A stretch of DNA of 42,696 nucleotides from Candidatus Kerfeldbacteria bacterium (GTDB lineage Bacteria; Patescibacteriota; Patescibacteriia; UBA10025; JAHIVO01), in assembly GCA_047946875.1 (NCBI GenBank), contig CP181398.1:529818-572513 (forward strand), written 5' to 3'. Made by a program: the position numbers and the translations under genes. Every line of letters starts with the position of its first letter. The stretch's first letter is position 1. This document shows positions 7,964-16,514 of this stretch, piece after piece. The notes under the pieces are model-generated. The model was not told the origin of the DNA. It ran no database searches and saw nothing but the letters and a program-made list of their open reading frames with translations.

Positions 7964-8482
7964 TTATTTTGTATATATTGAACCAAATTTACCCTCTGAT
8001 AATAATTTAATAATTTCATCAGGAACAAAAATTCTACCATTTACACAAGCGTATATCCCTTTTGAAAGATCTTGTGATTTTGCAAAAGCATAGCCAATAT
8101 TAAATCCAGCATCAGTTGGCGTAAAACCAACTAATGGAATCATAGAACATACAAAAATAATTACTTTATTATTATTCTTTAAATTAGCCTTCAAGTATCT
8201 TGCTGTATCAGGTAATGTATAAGTTCCATGGGTAATTATTATTCTTTTTGATTTACTTTTCTTAACCTCATTAAGAATGTCTTTTCTGTCATCATCATTA
8301 ATACTTCTACTATCTTTCATACATACTTCTGTAAACTCATACTCATCATATAATTTTAAAATTTCAATAAACTTAGGTAGAACTGATTTTTCATTTGGAA
8401 GTGCTGTATCTTTAGTGCCGTCGTAGTATGAATCAATAGTTCCTCCTGTGATTATAAAGTGTACTTTTTCTTTTTTTGTCAT
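7964..8482 (-). CDS. asparaginase N-terminal-domain-only protein
   Basis: HFIITGGTIDS matches the asparaginase TGGTIA nucleophile motif. ITHGTYTLPDTARYL aligns with ITHGTDTMEETAYFL. At 172 aa the C-terminal domain of type I/II asparaginases is absent. Confidence 0.65.
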   Translation of the reverse strand: MTKKEKVHFIITGGTIDSYYDGTKDTALPNEKSVLPKFIEILKLYDEYEFTEVCMKDSRSINDDDRKDILNEVKKSKSKRIIITHGTYTLPDTARYLKANLKNNNKVIIFVCSMIPLVGFTPTDAGFNIGYAFAKSQDLSKGIYACVNGRIFVPDEIIKLLSEGKFGSIYTK

Positions 8483-8522
8483 ATAATATATTTAGTTTAT
8501 TCTTACTTATTATTATATCAAA

Positions 8523-8774
8523 TCAAAGCTTTGCTGTCTTGATCAGTGATAACTTTTCTATACGTGATAATTTTTTCATTTTTACTTCAGCTCGTGTCGC
8601 TGTTGAACGATTACGAAATTTCTTTTGATAAACTAGTTTTACTGGTCTCCTAGCTTTTGTATACCTAGCACCAAGATCAGACATATTATGTTCTGTAATT
8701 CTTTTTTTTACATCTTTTGCTATGCCGATGTAAAGTGTTTTATCTGCACATCGGACAATATATAAACAATACAT
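8523..8774 (-). CDS. small GIY-YIG nuclease superfamily protein (UPF0213/YhbQ-like)
   Basis: MYCLYIVRCADKTLYIGIAKDVKKRITEHN followed by a conserved Arg/Glu region (ATRAEVKMKKL). The track ORF extends to a GTG at 8798 that overlaps the upstream gene. The ATG at 8774 gives the canonical family N-terminus. Confidence 0.75.
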   Translation of the reverse strand: MYCLYIVRCADKTLYIGIAKDVKKRITEHNMSDLGARYTKARRPVKLVYQKKFRNRSTATRAEVKMKKLSRIEKLSLIKTAKL

Positions 8775-8784
8775 AAATTTAACA

Positions 8785-9969
8785 TTATCCCGCTTCACTT
8801 TCTACCAGACAACCTGGTTTAATATAAGCAGATTCATCGTAAATACTACTATCCCCTTTGTATGTTTCCCAGTCACTCATTAGAGTGTTTAAACTTGTAC
8901 TAAAAGTTGCCTTCAAAGAAGTACTAAAAAAATTATATGGACAATATGCCATTGAACCACCACCGTCTACAGATCTAAAGATCATAAGCTCAACCATATA
9001 TGAATTACCCCAAGGACTTGCATGCCCCAAATATTGACCAGCTGTAATACTAGCTCCTTCAACTATTGCAGAACTTAGATTTTGAATATGATCAAAACTT
9101 ACTACCCAAACATTATCAGTTGAGGATTGAGTATGAATCTCATAATCAGAAGTTGATTCTTGATAAATAACTCCTGTAACCACAGCGTTCATAGGAGCAA
9201 CTATATCAGCGTTTGAAGAAACGAAATAATCAAAAGATGGTAATGTTTTAGGTCCATCTGGTCCTGAAACTGTTCTTCCAAATCCTCCGAAAACCTTATC
9301 AGTATAAGGTTCAAAATAATAATCACCCGCCATCCCGGTCTCAGAATTATATGTTCCAAAATTTACCATAAAATTGGTTAGTATAGGTTGTGTCTCATCT
9401 GGAACAGACTCAGGTTCTGATTCGGGATCTTCTGATTCTTCAGGTGTGTTATCTGGAGTGTTATCTTCTGTAATAAGATCCATAGATGAAGAATCGGTAG
9501 TAATTTGTCCTAAATCATTATCAGTAATTCCAAGTCCTAACTCACGCATAATATCAAAAGCATCAGCAGGTCGTCCTAAATAATAACGTTGAAGATTACT
9601 AGGATTTACATACCACGCCTCACCATTTTGTTCTACTTGAAGTAATATATATCCAGAGAGTCGTTCTTGTAAAACTCCATCTCCAGAATCATTAGAACCA
9701 GCTACTGAAATCCTGCTTAAGTCAGCATCAGTAATTCCTAATCCTCTATATCTCATAATATCAAATGCATGAGTTGGTCGTCCTAAATAAAACTTTGTTT
9801 GCGTAGAAGGGTACACATACCACGATTCACCATTTTGTTCTACTTGTAAAAGAATCCTACCATTTAAGCGCTCTGCCATAGTAGCGCTACTTGCTACATA
9901 AGAAGTAAACAAAATTCCTCCAAAAATTATTAAGACAGTTAATGTGTAGATGTATTTTTTATATTGCAT
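8785..9969 (-). CDS. secreted protein with two tandem N-terminal repeat modules, an acidic linker and a C-terminal globular domain
   Basis: Signal/anchor helix (IYTLTVLIIFGGILFTSYV). The roughly 58-aa module RL.G.ILLQVEQNGE.WYV.PS....YLGRP..AFDIMR..GLGITD.DL occurs twice (nt 9694-9876 and 9496-9669). A DNTPDNTPEESEDPESEPES linker follows. Confidence 0.6.
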   Translation of the reverse strand: MQYKKYIYTLTVLIIFGGILFTSYVASSATMAERLNGRILLQVEQNGESWYVYPSTQTKFYLGRPTHAFDIMRYRGLGITDADLSRISVAGSNDSGDGVLQERLSGYILLQVEQNGEAWYVNPSNLQRYYLGRPADAFDIMRELGLGITDNDLGQITTDSSSMDLITEDNTPDNTPEESEDPESEPESVPDETQPILTNFMVNFGTYNSETGMAGDYYFEPYTDKVFGGFGRTVSGPDGPKTLPSFDYFVSSNADIVAPMNAVVTGVIYQESTSDYEIHTQSSTDNVWVVSFDHIQNLSSAIVEGASITAGQYLGHASPWGNSYMVELMIFRSVDGGGSMAYCPYNFFSTSLKATFSTSLNTLMSDWETYKGDSSIYDESAYIKPGCLVESEAG

Positions 9970-10011
9970 ATTGTTGTATTGCTTTCATTTGAATTATATC
10001 AAAAAAATCTA

Positions 10012-10857
10012 CTATTTACATGAGGTCCTACCACCTTCTAAATCATAATCCATTTTCAACCAACTAAATTTCATATTATTAGCTTGATCACAAAAATCAG
10101 TTGTCTCAATTTCATACTCTACTCCTAATACCGCTTTACCTTGATTAATAAATGGCAACAACAATTCACATTCATCATATTCAAAACACTGCTCATTAAC
10201 TGCAAAATCAAATTGACCAACCAGATCATTAATCTGATCTAAATCATTCTTAAGTCCAATACTTAATCCTCTATCATGAGCTTGTTCAGCTAACCACTTA
10301 TTGTAAATCAATTGATCATTTGATGTTAGCTTAAAACCACTTATATTTTGATAACCATCTACATTATCTGGTTCGACCGCATCACATCCTTTCTCAACAG
10401 CCAGATCCAACCTAGCTTCAATAATACTAGAAAATTCCGTGTAGCTAGACACATCTAACCATTTTTCGTTTTCCCATCCATCCAAAGTTTTTCCTAATAC
10501 ATTTTCAGGGAATTCATCAGCATCGGTTCGAAAGTCTTCCCAACTACCAGCACTAAAATAACAAATCACTTTGATACCCTTACTATGCAATATATCAATA
10601 ATGCTTTGAGGAGAATTTACTAAATCTATATCAAAAATATCTACATCATATTCTGTATTAATAGTTCCTGATAATTGCCATTGCCAAGTATCCTCTTGAG
10701 TAGGTACCCACCAATCTCCCTTCACAATATCCGTGTCCAGAATATTACTAACAGTATTATCTTCTTCATTTTCTGAAAAATAATAACTCTCTACAAAATA
10801 TCCAACTACTAATAAAATTAATATACTTAATGTAATTAATACTATTTTTCTTTTCAT
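10012..10857 (-). CDS. GH114-like (endo-alpha-1,4-polygalactosaminidase / TM1410-type) putative glycosidase
   Basis: N-terminal TM helix, then WQWQLSG..DIFDIDL..KVICYFSAGSWEDFR..GWENEKWLD..CDAVEPDNVDGY, the TIM-barrel pattern I associate with family GH114. Assigned from memory of the family motifs. Confidence 0.6.
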   Translation of the reverse strand: MKRKIVLITLSILILLVVGYFVESYYFSENEEDNTVSNILDTDIVKGDWWVPTQEDTWQWQLSGTINTEYDVDIFDIDLVNSPQSIIDILHSKGIKVICYFSAGSWEDFRTDADEFPENVLGKTLDGWENEKWLDVSSYTEFSSIIEARLDLAVEKGCDAVEPDNVDGYQNISGFKLTSNDQLIYNKWLAEQAHDRGLSIGLKNDLDQINDLVGQFDFAVNEQCFEYDECELLLPFINQGKAVLGVEYEIETTDFCDQANNMKFSWLKMDYDLEGGRTSCK

Positions 10858-11195
10858 AAGTCTTTTTGGTACTTATTGTTTTCATCTACCAAAATAATTT
10901 TTGGTTTTATTTGATCATCTGTTAATTCAAAACCCATAATAATGATTTCCTCACCTACTTTTATTTTATGAGCTGCAGCACCATTCATGCAAATAATTCC
11001 ACTATTTTTTTCTCCTTTAATAACATATGTTTCTAGACGTTCTCCAGAAGTCTTACTAACTACCGCTACTTTTTCTCCAGGCCATAAACCAACTCGCTCC
11101 ATTAAATCTTCATCAATAGTAATACTACCAATATAATTTATATTAGCTTCAGTTACTACTGCTTTATGAATTTTTGATCTTAATAATGATCTCAT
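10854..11195 (-). CDS. panD: aspartate 1-decarboxylase proenzyme
   Basis: MRSLLRSKIHKAVVTEANINYIGSITID contains the Gly-Ser self-processing site. NGAAAHKIKVGEEIIIMGF matches the PanD C-terminal core. Confidence 0.9.
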   Translation of the reverse strand: MRSLLRSKIHKAVVTEANINYIGSITIDEDLMERVGLWPGEKVAVVSKTSGERLETYVIKGEKNSGIICMNGAAAHKIKVGEEIIIMGFELTDDQIKPKIILVDENNKYQKDL

Positions 11196-11224
11196 ATCTA
11201 TTGAATTTATAAAATAATTATACC

Positions 11225-11256
11225 AAAAAACACCCCAAATATCGAGGTGTTTTTTA
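11225..11256 (-). terminator. rho-independent terminator after the surface-protein gene
   Basis: aacacc (11229-11234) pairs with ggtgtt (11246-11251), flanked by an A-run and a T-run, so it is usable in both orientations. Confidence 0.65.
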
Positions 11257-11271
11257 TCTATTGATTTATTA

Positions 11272-12870
11272 TTAAATATGTACTGGTTCTTCCGTAACCA
11301 TCTTACGTAAGAATTTGAAAGTAAATACTATTACTAACCATGCACCCAATACATATACTACAACTGGTAATTTAGCACCAGTTACTGGTAACTGACTATC
11401 TTCAGCTCCCAATACGATCGGTTCCACATCATCGATCTCTTCGCCTAATACGACAGGTATTTTTACTTCTACAGAAACAGTATCAAGTACATTATCAATA
11501 TTATCTGCTTTGGCTACCGCATAATTATTATAAATACCTGGGAAAATGTCACCACCTATTCGTACATCATAAGAAATAATTACAGAATCATTTATATTAA
11601 GGTCACCTAAATTCCATGTATAATTATCATATTTCGGGTCAACAAAAGTCAAGCCGATTGGTAATGTATCAGCCATTCTTACATTTTCTGCAATAGCTGT
11701 TCCATTATTTGTAATAACTACTGTATAAGTTATAACTTCTCCTGGATTTACAATTTCTATATTTACTGATTTATCGATAGTCAGAGAAGGTTGACCTACT
11801 TCTTTTTTAATTTCAATTAATGTAGTAGCAGCTGATTGTACTGGCTCAGTTTGATCAGTGGTGACAACAGCAATATTAATTATATCCGTATCTGCAGGAG
11901 TATCATTATTTATAGATACTTCATAAGTTATTATACCGGATGCACCGATAAATAAATCCCCAATATTCCAGGTCAAGATATCACCATTATCACTATTAGC
12001 TTCATGTTGTGTAACTGTTACATATTGTTGAGGATAATTGTCAGTAATAATTACATTGGTTAAATCTATTGTCCCTGTATTTTCATAATTTAATTGGTAA
12101 ACAATACTTCCATTAGTAGTTAAAACCGAAGATTCAATTGTTTTGACCAAAGTTATTTCAGGTATATATTCCAATAAATTACATTGAGCATTACATGATT
12201 GGTTATCACCAACACCGTCTGTACCATCACATATTTCAGAGTCTTGGTTAACTATTCCATCACCACAATATGGTAAGTTTTCAATAGTACATTCTAAAGT
12301 ACATAATTGGTTATCACTAACACCGTCTGTACCATCACATATTTCAGAGTCTTGGTTAACTATTCCATCACCACATTTAGGTAATACTTTTGTTTTAGCA
12401 GTGACCGGACCAGCAGAATAATCATCAGACACAACTGAAGCAGTGTTTGTCCACTCACCGACTGTAATGCCTATAACGTCTACAATAATAGTTTTAACTT
12501 CATTTTTTTCTACTGTACCCAAGTCCCATACTAGTTGTTGACCAACTATACTTGTAGGTGTAGGATTTGCGCTAACATAAAAAACACCATCTGGCAGTAT
12601 ATCTGTCAAAACGACATTTGTTTCAGCATACCACTGTAAATTAGTTACTGTTACCGTATATTGGGTAGCATCATTCAAATAAATGATTGATAAGTGCCCA
12701 TCACTTGTTTGTTTGGCAATTCTAAGTTCATGATGACATGCTGCTGCTTCTTGTGGAATCAACACGCCAACCATAGACGTATTCATCACCAATGTCACCA
12801 TCATTACGAAATACAGTGTTTTAAATGTTGTTTTTTTGACCTCTTTTTGAGGTAACAGATTAATTTTCAT
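11272..12870 (-). CDS. LPXTG-anchored cell-surface protein with DUF11-type repeats and two Cys-rich repeats
   Basis: N-terminal signal. Repeated T.TVT..N.G beta-sandwich modules (YTVTVTNLQ, ITYTVVITNNGTA). Two CGDGIVNQDSEICDGTDGV.DNQ.C repeats (aa 166-232). C-terminal LPVTG (nt 11377-11391) followed by a hydrophobic helix and a basic tail. Confidence 0.75.
   Translation of the reverse strand: MKINLLPQKEVKKTTFKTLYFVMMVTLVMNTSMVGVLIPQEAAACHHELRIAKQTSDGHLSIIYLNDATQYTVTVTNLQWYAETNVVLTDILPDGVFYVSANPTPTSIVGQQLVWDLGTVEKNEVKTIIVDVIGITVGEWTNTASVVSDDYSAGPVTAKTKVLPKCGDGIVNQDSEICDGTDGVSDNQLCTLECTIENLPYCGDGIVNQDSEICDGTDGVGDNQSCNAQCNLLEYIPEITLVKTIESSVLTTNGSIVYQLNYENTGTIDLTNVIITDNYPQQYVTVTQHEANSDNGDILTWNIGDLFIGASGIITYEVSINNDTPADTDIINIAVVTTDQTEPVQSAATTLIEIKKEVGQPSLTIDKSVNIEIVNPGEVITYTVVITNNGTAIAENVRMADTLPIGLTFVDPKYDNYTWNLGDLNINDSVIISYDVRIGGDIFPGIYNNYAVAKADNIDNVLDTVSVEVKIPVVLGEEIDDVEPIVLGAEDSQLPVTGAKLPVVVYVLGAWLVIVFTFKFLRKMVTEEPVHI
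12198..12375. repeat. tandem duplication inside the surface-protein gene (period 108 bp)
   Basis: The 70-nt cores 12198-12267 and 12306-12375 are 69/70 identical. They encode the two Cys-rich repeats. Confidence 0.85.
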
Positions 12871-12908
12871 AGTAATTTCAATTACTTATTAAATAAATAT
12901 AACCTAAT

Positions 12909-12937
12909 ATATTAACACCCTTATTATAATTTGTCAA
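12909..12937 (-). promoter_or_regulatory. sigma70-type promoter for the surface-protein gene (TTGACA-17-TAATAT)
   Basis: Reverse complement of 12932-12937 is TTGACA and of 12909-12914 is TAATAT, with a 17-nt spacer, about 35 nt upstream of the ATG at 12870. Confidence 0.6.
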
Positions 12938-13011
12938 GAGATATCATGTGAGAATTAAATACTAGTTAAATAAAAATATGAAATCAATACAAATAAACCA
13001 AAATAAACGTT

Positions 13012-13039
13012 TTGACAATACCCCTAAAACTGCTATAAT
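13012..13039 (+). promoter_or_regulatory. consensus extended -10 promoter for def-fmt (TTGACA-16-TGcTATAAT)
   Basis: TTGACA at 13012-13017 and TGCTATAAT at 13031-13039. The def ATG is at 13058. Confidence 0.75.
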
Positions 13040-13057
13040 TGGCCATATAATAACTAT

Positions 13058-13543
13058 ATGGCTATACTAAAAATAATAACAAATCCACATCAGACACTCC
13101 GTACAAAAGCAGAAGTAATAGACCTTAAAGATTTAAAAAATCTCCAAGATTTTATCCATGATATGAAAAAAACAATGATCAAGAAAGATGGCTTAGGTTT
13201 AGCAGCAAATCAAGTGAATGTGCCAAAAAGATTATTCATTATTAATACTAAAGATGGTCCTTTAGCTATTATTAATCCAACTCTACATAACAAATCTTTT
13301 GCAAAACAATGGTCAGAAGAAGGTTGTTTATCAATACCTAATACATATGGACAAGTTAAGAGACATCATCATTTAATAGTAAAAGGTTTTGATCAAAAAG
13401 GTAAAAAATTGCAAATGAAAGTAGAGGGACTTTTTGCAAGAATTGTTCAACATGAAGTAGACCACTTAGATGGTATTCTTTTTATCGATAAGGCAAAAAA
13501 AATAGTTACTCATGAATCAAAAAACATCTATGAAGACTTATAA
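13058..13543 (+). CDS. def: peptide deformylase
   Basis: All three signature motifs are present: GLAANQV, EGCLS and HEVDHLDG. Confidence 0.92.
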   Translation: MAILKIITNPHQTLRTKAEVIDLKDLKNLQDFIHDMKKTMIKKDGLGLAANQVNVPKRLFIINTKDGPLAIINPTLHNKSFAKQWSEEGCLSIPNTYGQVKRHHHLIVKGFDQKGKKLQMKVEGLFARIVQHEVDHLDGILFIDKAKKIVTHESKNIYEDL

Positions 13544-14468
13544 TACATTATTTTTTGGTACTCCTGATTTTGCAGTACCAGTTTTAGATACATTAATTAA
13601 ACTACCGTATATTAATTTAAAAGCTGTCATTACTCAACCTGATAAGCCAATAGGTAAAAAACAAATAATCACTCAACCTCCAATTAAAACATTTGCATTA
13701 AAAAACAATCTTATAGTATTGCAACCCACTACAATAAAAAGTAGTAAATTTATTAAATCCATAATAAAACTCAAACCTGATGTTGTTATTATTATCGCTT
13801 ATGGCAAAATTATAACAAAAAATTTATTAGAAATTCCCAAGCATGGTTGGCTAAATATCCATGGCTCACTATTACCTAAATACCGTGGTGCCTCACCAAT
13901 CCAAGCAGTAATTCTATCTGGTGAAGAAAAAACTGGTGTAACTTTAATGAAGATTGATGAAGGTTTAGACACTGGTCCATTAATAGCAAATGAAAATATC
14001 ACAATTAATCATACTGATAATTTTGAAATATTACATGACAAACTTGCAAAGTTAGGCGCAATAATAATTGAAAAGAATTTAAAAAAATACTTAGAAAATA
14101 AAATTTTTGCTATACCGCAGGAAAAAACCACTACAGAAATTACTAAAACCATTAGTAAAGAAGCAGGCAAAATTAATTGGGAAAACCCAGCTGATTTAAT
14201 TGAAAAACAAATAAGAGCTTACACACCTTGGCCAGGTACATACACTTTTTGGAATAATAAAAGATTAAAAATAATTGATGGAGAAATAATAGTGCTACCT
14301 AATAATATACAATCGGGCTCAGTATTCCCCCATGAAAATAAAATATACGTTGGGACAGGAAATAATGCAATTAAATTGAATACTTTACAACTAGCTGGAA
14401 AAAAACCTACAGATATCCAATCTTTTATAAAAGGCTATCCTGATTTTGTTAATGCTAAATTAAACTAA
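13512..14468 (+). CDS. fmt: methionyl-tRNA formyltransferase
   Basis: FFGTPDFAVPVL, HGSLLPKYRGASPIQ and the C-terminal Fmt domain. The true start is probably the ATG at 13530 (MKTYNTLFFGTP). Either start overlaps the def stop. Confidence 0.9.
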   Translation: MNQKTSMKTYNTLFFGTPDFAVPVLDTLIKLPYINLKAVITQPDKPIGKKQIITQPPIKTFALKNNLIVLQPTTIKSSKFIKSIIKLKPDVVIIIAYGKIITKNLLEIPKHGWLNIHGSLLPKYRGASPIQAVILSGEEKTGVTLMKIDEGLDTGPLIANENITINHTDNFEILHDKLAKLGAIIIEKNLKKYLENKIFAIPQEKTTTEITKTISKEAGKINWENPADLIEKQIRAYTPWPGTYTFWNNKRLKIIDGEIIVLPNNIQSGSVFPHENKIYVGTGNNAIKLNTLQLAGKKPTDIQSFIKGYPDFVNAKLN

Positions 14469-14516
14469 ATATCATTTAATCATAATTCCCGCCTTTAACA
14501 GAAAAAAAGTAGTTTT

Positions 14517-16010
14517 TTATTTTCTTACTTTTTTAGTAACATGAAAACTAAGATATTTCCCAAGCATTAACCTTGTTTGTGCATCAATGGCAGGAAATGA
14601 TCCAAAAAGTATAAGAGTGATTGGTACTAGTACCCATTGTAATATCATCCAAATAAAACGCCATGGCTTATGATGTTTTGGCCTTCCTGGTAATAAAGTG
14701 GAGCTTAATATTGCCTGTACCACTAAGCCAACCATACCTGCGGTCATTAAAAATTGTAATATCTCTGGGGCATTCTGAGCAGCTACAGAAGTTAAACCTC
14801 TTGTATTTGCAATCCAAATAGGTAAATAACCCAATACAAATATTAATAATGGTGCTGTTGACCAAGAATATATTCCTTCTGATTGATTAAAAATATACCT
14901 AAACTTCTTAATAAACGGCATTTTTTTGTTATGTCCAAAATTCCAAACCATATAAGGAAAATTCTCAACACCATAAGCCCAACGTCGTTGTTGAAAATAT
15001 TGAGCTTTTACAGTTTCCCAAAAAGTAGATCCCAATACAACATCCATAGACACAGGTAATGGTAATGCAACTACCTCGTAATCACCATCATATTCCATTA
15101 CACATTGCATAGATATTCGTGAGTCTTCTGTAACTATATCACTCTGCCAAAAACCAACATCAACTAAGGCCCGAAAACTCATACTATGTGATGAAAAAGT
15201 AAACATTCTTTCTGGGCGTGATTGCTCAGTCATTAACCAAAAAGTAGTACTATAGGATATAACTCTAGTAAGAGCTGGTGAATCCCAAACATTATTATTA
15301 AAAAATGCTAAAGGTTGAAAACTTACCCTTGTTGGATTTGGATGAGTAATATATCTATAAGTTAGATATGTAAAATATTGATGATGTACATATGTATCCG
15401 AATCAAATGAAGATACTATAATATTTTCATATGGTATCTCCCATCTATCAACCATCTCTCGTAATTTTTTACCTGCGTAGGCAATATTTGAACCTTTACC
15501 AGCTACTTCACCAGGTTGATTAGCGGGATGTATAGTAATAACAAATTTGAAAAATTTGTTATTAAACTCTTCCTGCAGTCTTTTTGATATTTTCAAAAAG
15601 TTTTCCTTATCTTTTTCCTCCCCCGCTAAAACTACTATTAATTTATCTAAAGGATATTTATTATTTTCTAATGAACGTAAAGCTCCAACCAACACTTCGT
15701 ACGGCTCTTGAAAAGTAGGTAAAAATACTAAGTGATAATATTTATTCCAATTTTCTTTTTCTTGAACTTTTTGCAACCAATCTACTTTTATTGTCTTTCG
15801 ATATCTTACATATGAAATAATCATAAATAAGAGCATATAACCAATTCTTATTACCCAATATGTATCAAATACTATAATAAAATATATCGCCCACATTGGC
15901 TGAATAAATGAAAGACCAATAGTAATAGCAAAAGTACCCCACATAGCAACTCCCGGAATAATTTCCAGAAATCTGTATTTTCTATAATCTGTTAATTCAA
16001 ATGGTTTCAT
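14517..16010 (-). CDS. membrane-embedded processive family-2 glycosyltransferase (cellulose/chitin-synthase-like)
   Basis: N- and C-terminal TM bundles flank a GT-A domain with a D, DxD-like FDSDT, TED (VTEDS) and the processive-synthase signature QQRRWAYG (Q(Q/R)xRW). Confidence 0.8.
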   Translation of the reverse strand: MKPFELTDYRKYRFLEIIPGVAMWGTFAITIGLSFIQPMWAIYFIIVFDTYWVIRIGYMLLFMIISYVRYRKTIKVDWLQKVQEKENWNKYYHLVFLPTFQEPYEVLVGALRSLENNKYPLDKLIVVLAGEEKDKENFLKISKRLQEEFNNKFFKFVITIHPANQPGEVAGKGSNIAYAGKKLREMVDRWEIPYENIIVSSFDSDTYVHHQYFTYLTYRYITHPNPTRVSFQPLAFFNNNVWDSPALTRVISYSTTFWLMTEQSRPERMFTFSSHSMSFRALVDVGFWQSDIVTEDSRISMQCVMEYDGDYEVVALPLPVSMDVVLGSTFWETVKAQYFQQRRWAYGVENFPYMVWNFGHNKKMPFIKKFRYIFNQSEGIYSWSTAPLLIFVLGYLPIWIANTRGLTSVAAQNAPEILQFLMTAGMVGLVVQAILSSTLLPGRPKHHKPWRFIWMILQWVLVPITLILFGSFPAIDAQTRLMLGKYLSFHVTKKVRK

Positions 16011-16025
16011 TATTTGTATAAATAA

Positions 16026-16056
16026 AAAGGCGGAATAAATTTCCCGCCCTTTTTAG
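16026..16056 (-). terminator. rho-independent terminator after the cupredoxin-like gene
   Basis: ggcgg (16029-16033) pairs with ccgcc (16044-16048), flanked by an A-run and a T-run. Confidence 0.6.
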
Positions 16057-16062
16057 TAAATT

Positions 16063-16494
16063 TTATTCAACAATTATTGTGCCCTTACTAATTGGGTTCA
16101 TATGATCATGGTAAAACCACTCTCCCAACTCATCAAATGTATAAGTATAATCATCTCCTAGAATAAGTTCATCTGATTCTAAACCTGGTAATGCAGAATG
16201 ACTAGGGTGAGGATCTGATGCAACCAATCTTGTTAGATCATCTTTATTTACCCAAGTGATTGATTCGCCTGCAGAAATTGTTATTACAGATGGATTAAAA
16301 TTACCGTCAATAATCCATACAGTATTTGTTGCTGGTTTCTCAACTACATTATTAACTGCGGCATCAGAATTAGTAACAACGCTAGTATTAGTTGTTACAA
16401 CTTCTGTATCATCTTGTATGAAATACCAAGCTAGCAAACCGCCAACTAGTACCAATACCACGATAACAACCATCAATATATTTTTTTGTGACAT
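16063..16494 (-). CDS. membrane-anchored cupredoxin-like domain protein lacking the Cys ligand
   Basis: N-terminal TM helix, then a beta-sandwich pattern ITISAGESITWVNKD ... FYHDHMNPISKGTIIVE. It resembles the plastocyanin-like C-terminus YYCxxHxxMxGxIxV but has His in place of Cys. Confidence 0.5.
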   Translation of the reverse strand: MSQKNILMVVIVVLVLVGGLLAWYFIQDDTEVVTTNTSVVTNSDAAVNNVVEKPATNTVWIIDGNFNPSVITISAGESITWVNKDDLTRLVASDPHPSHSALPGLESDELILGDDYTYTFDELGEWFYHDHMNPISKGTIIVE

Positions 16495-16514
16495 AGTATT
16501 TTCCTCTCCTAATA

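Noticed and set aside
9374-9583. 69-aa plus-strand ORF rich in Ser/Gly/Asp
   Set aside because: It is the antisense shadow of the acidic low-complexity linker of the 8785-9969 gene.
12175-12375. Diversity-generating retroelement template/variable repeat pair
   Set aside because: The two repeats are in-frame tandem copies inside one gene with a single non-adenine-specific mismatch, and no reverse transcriptase is present.
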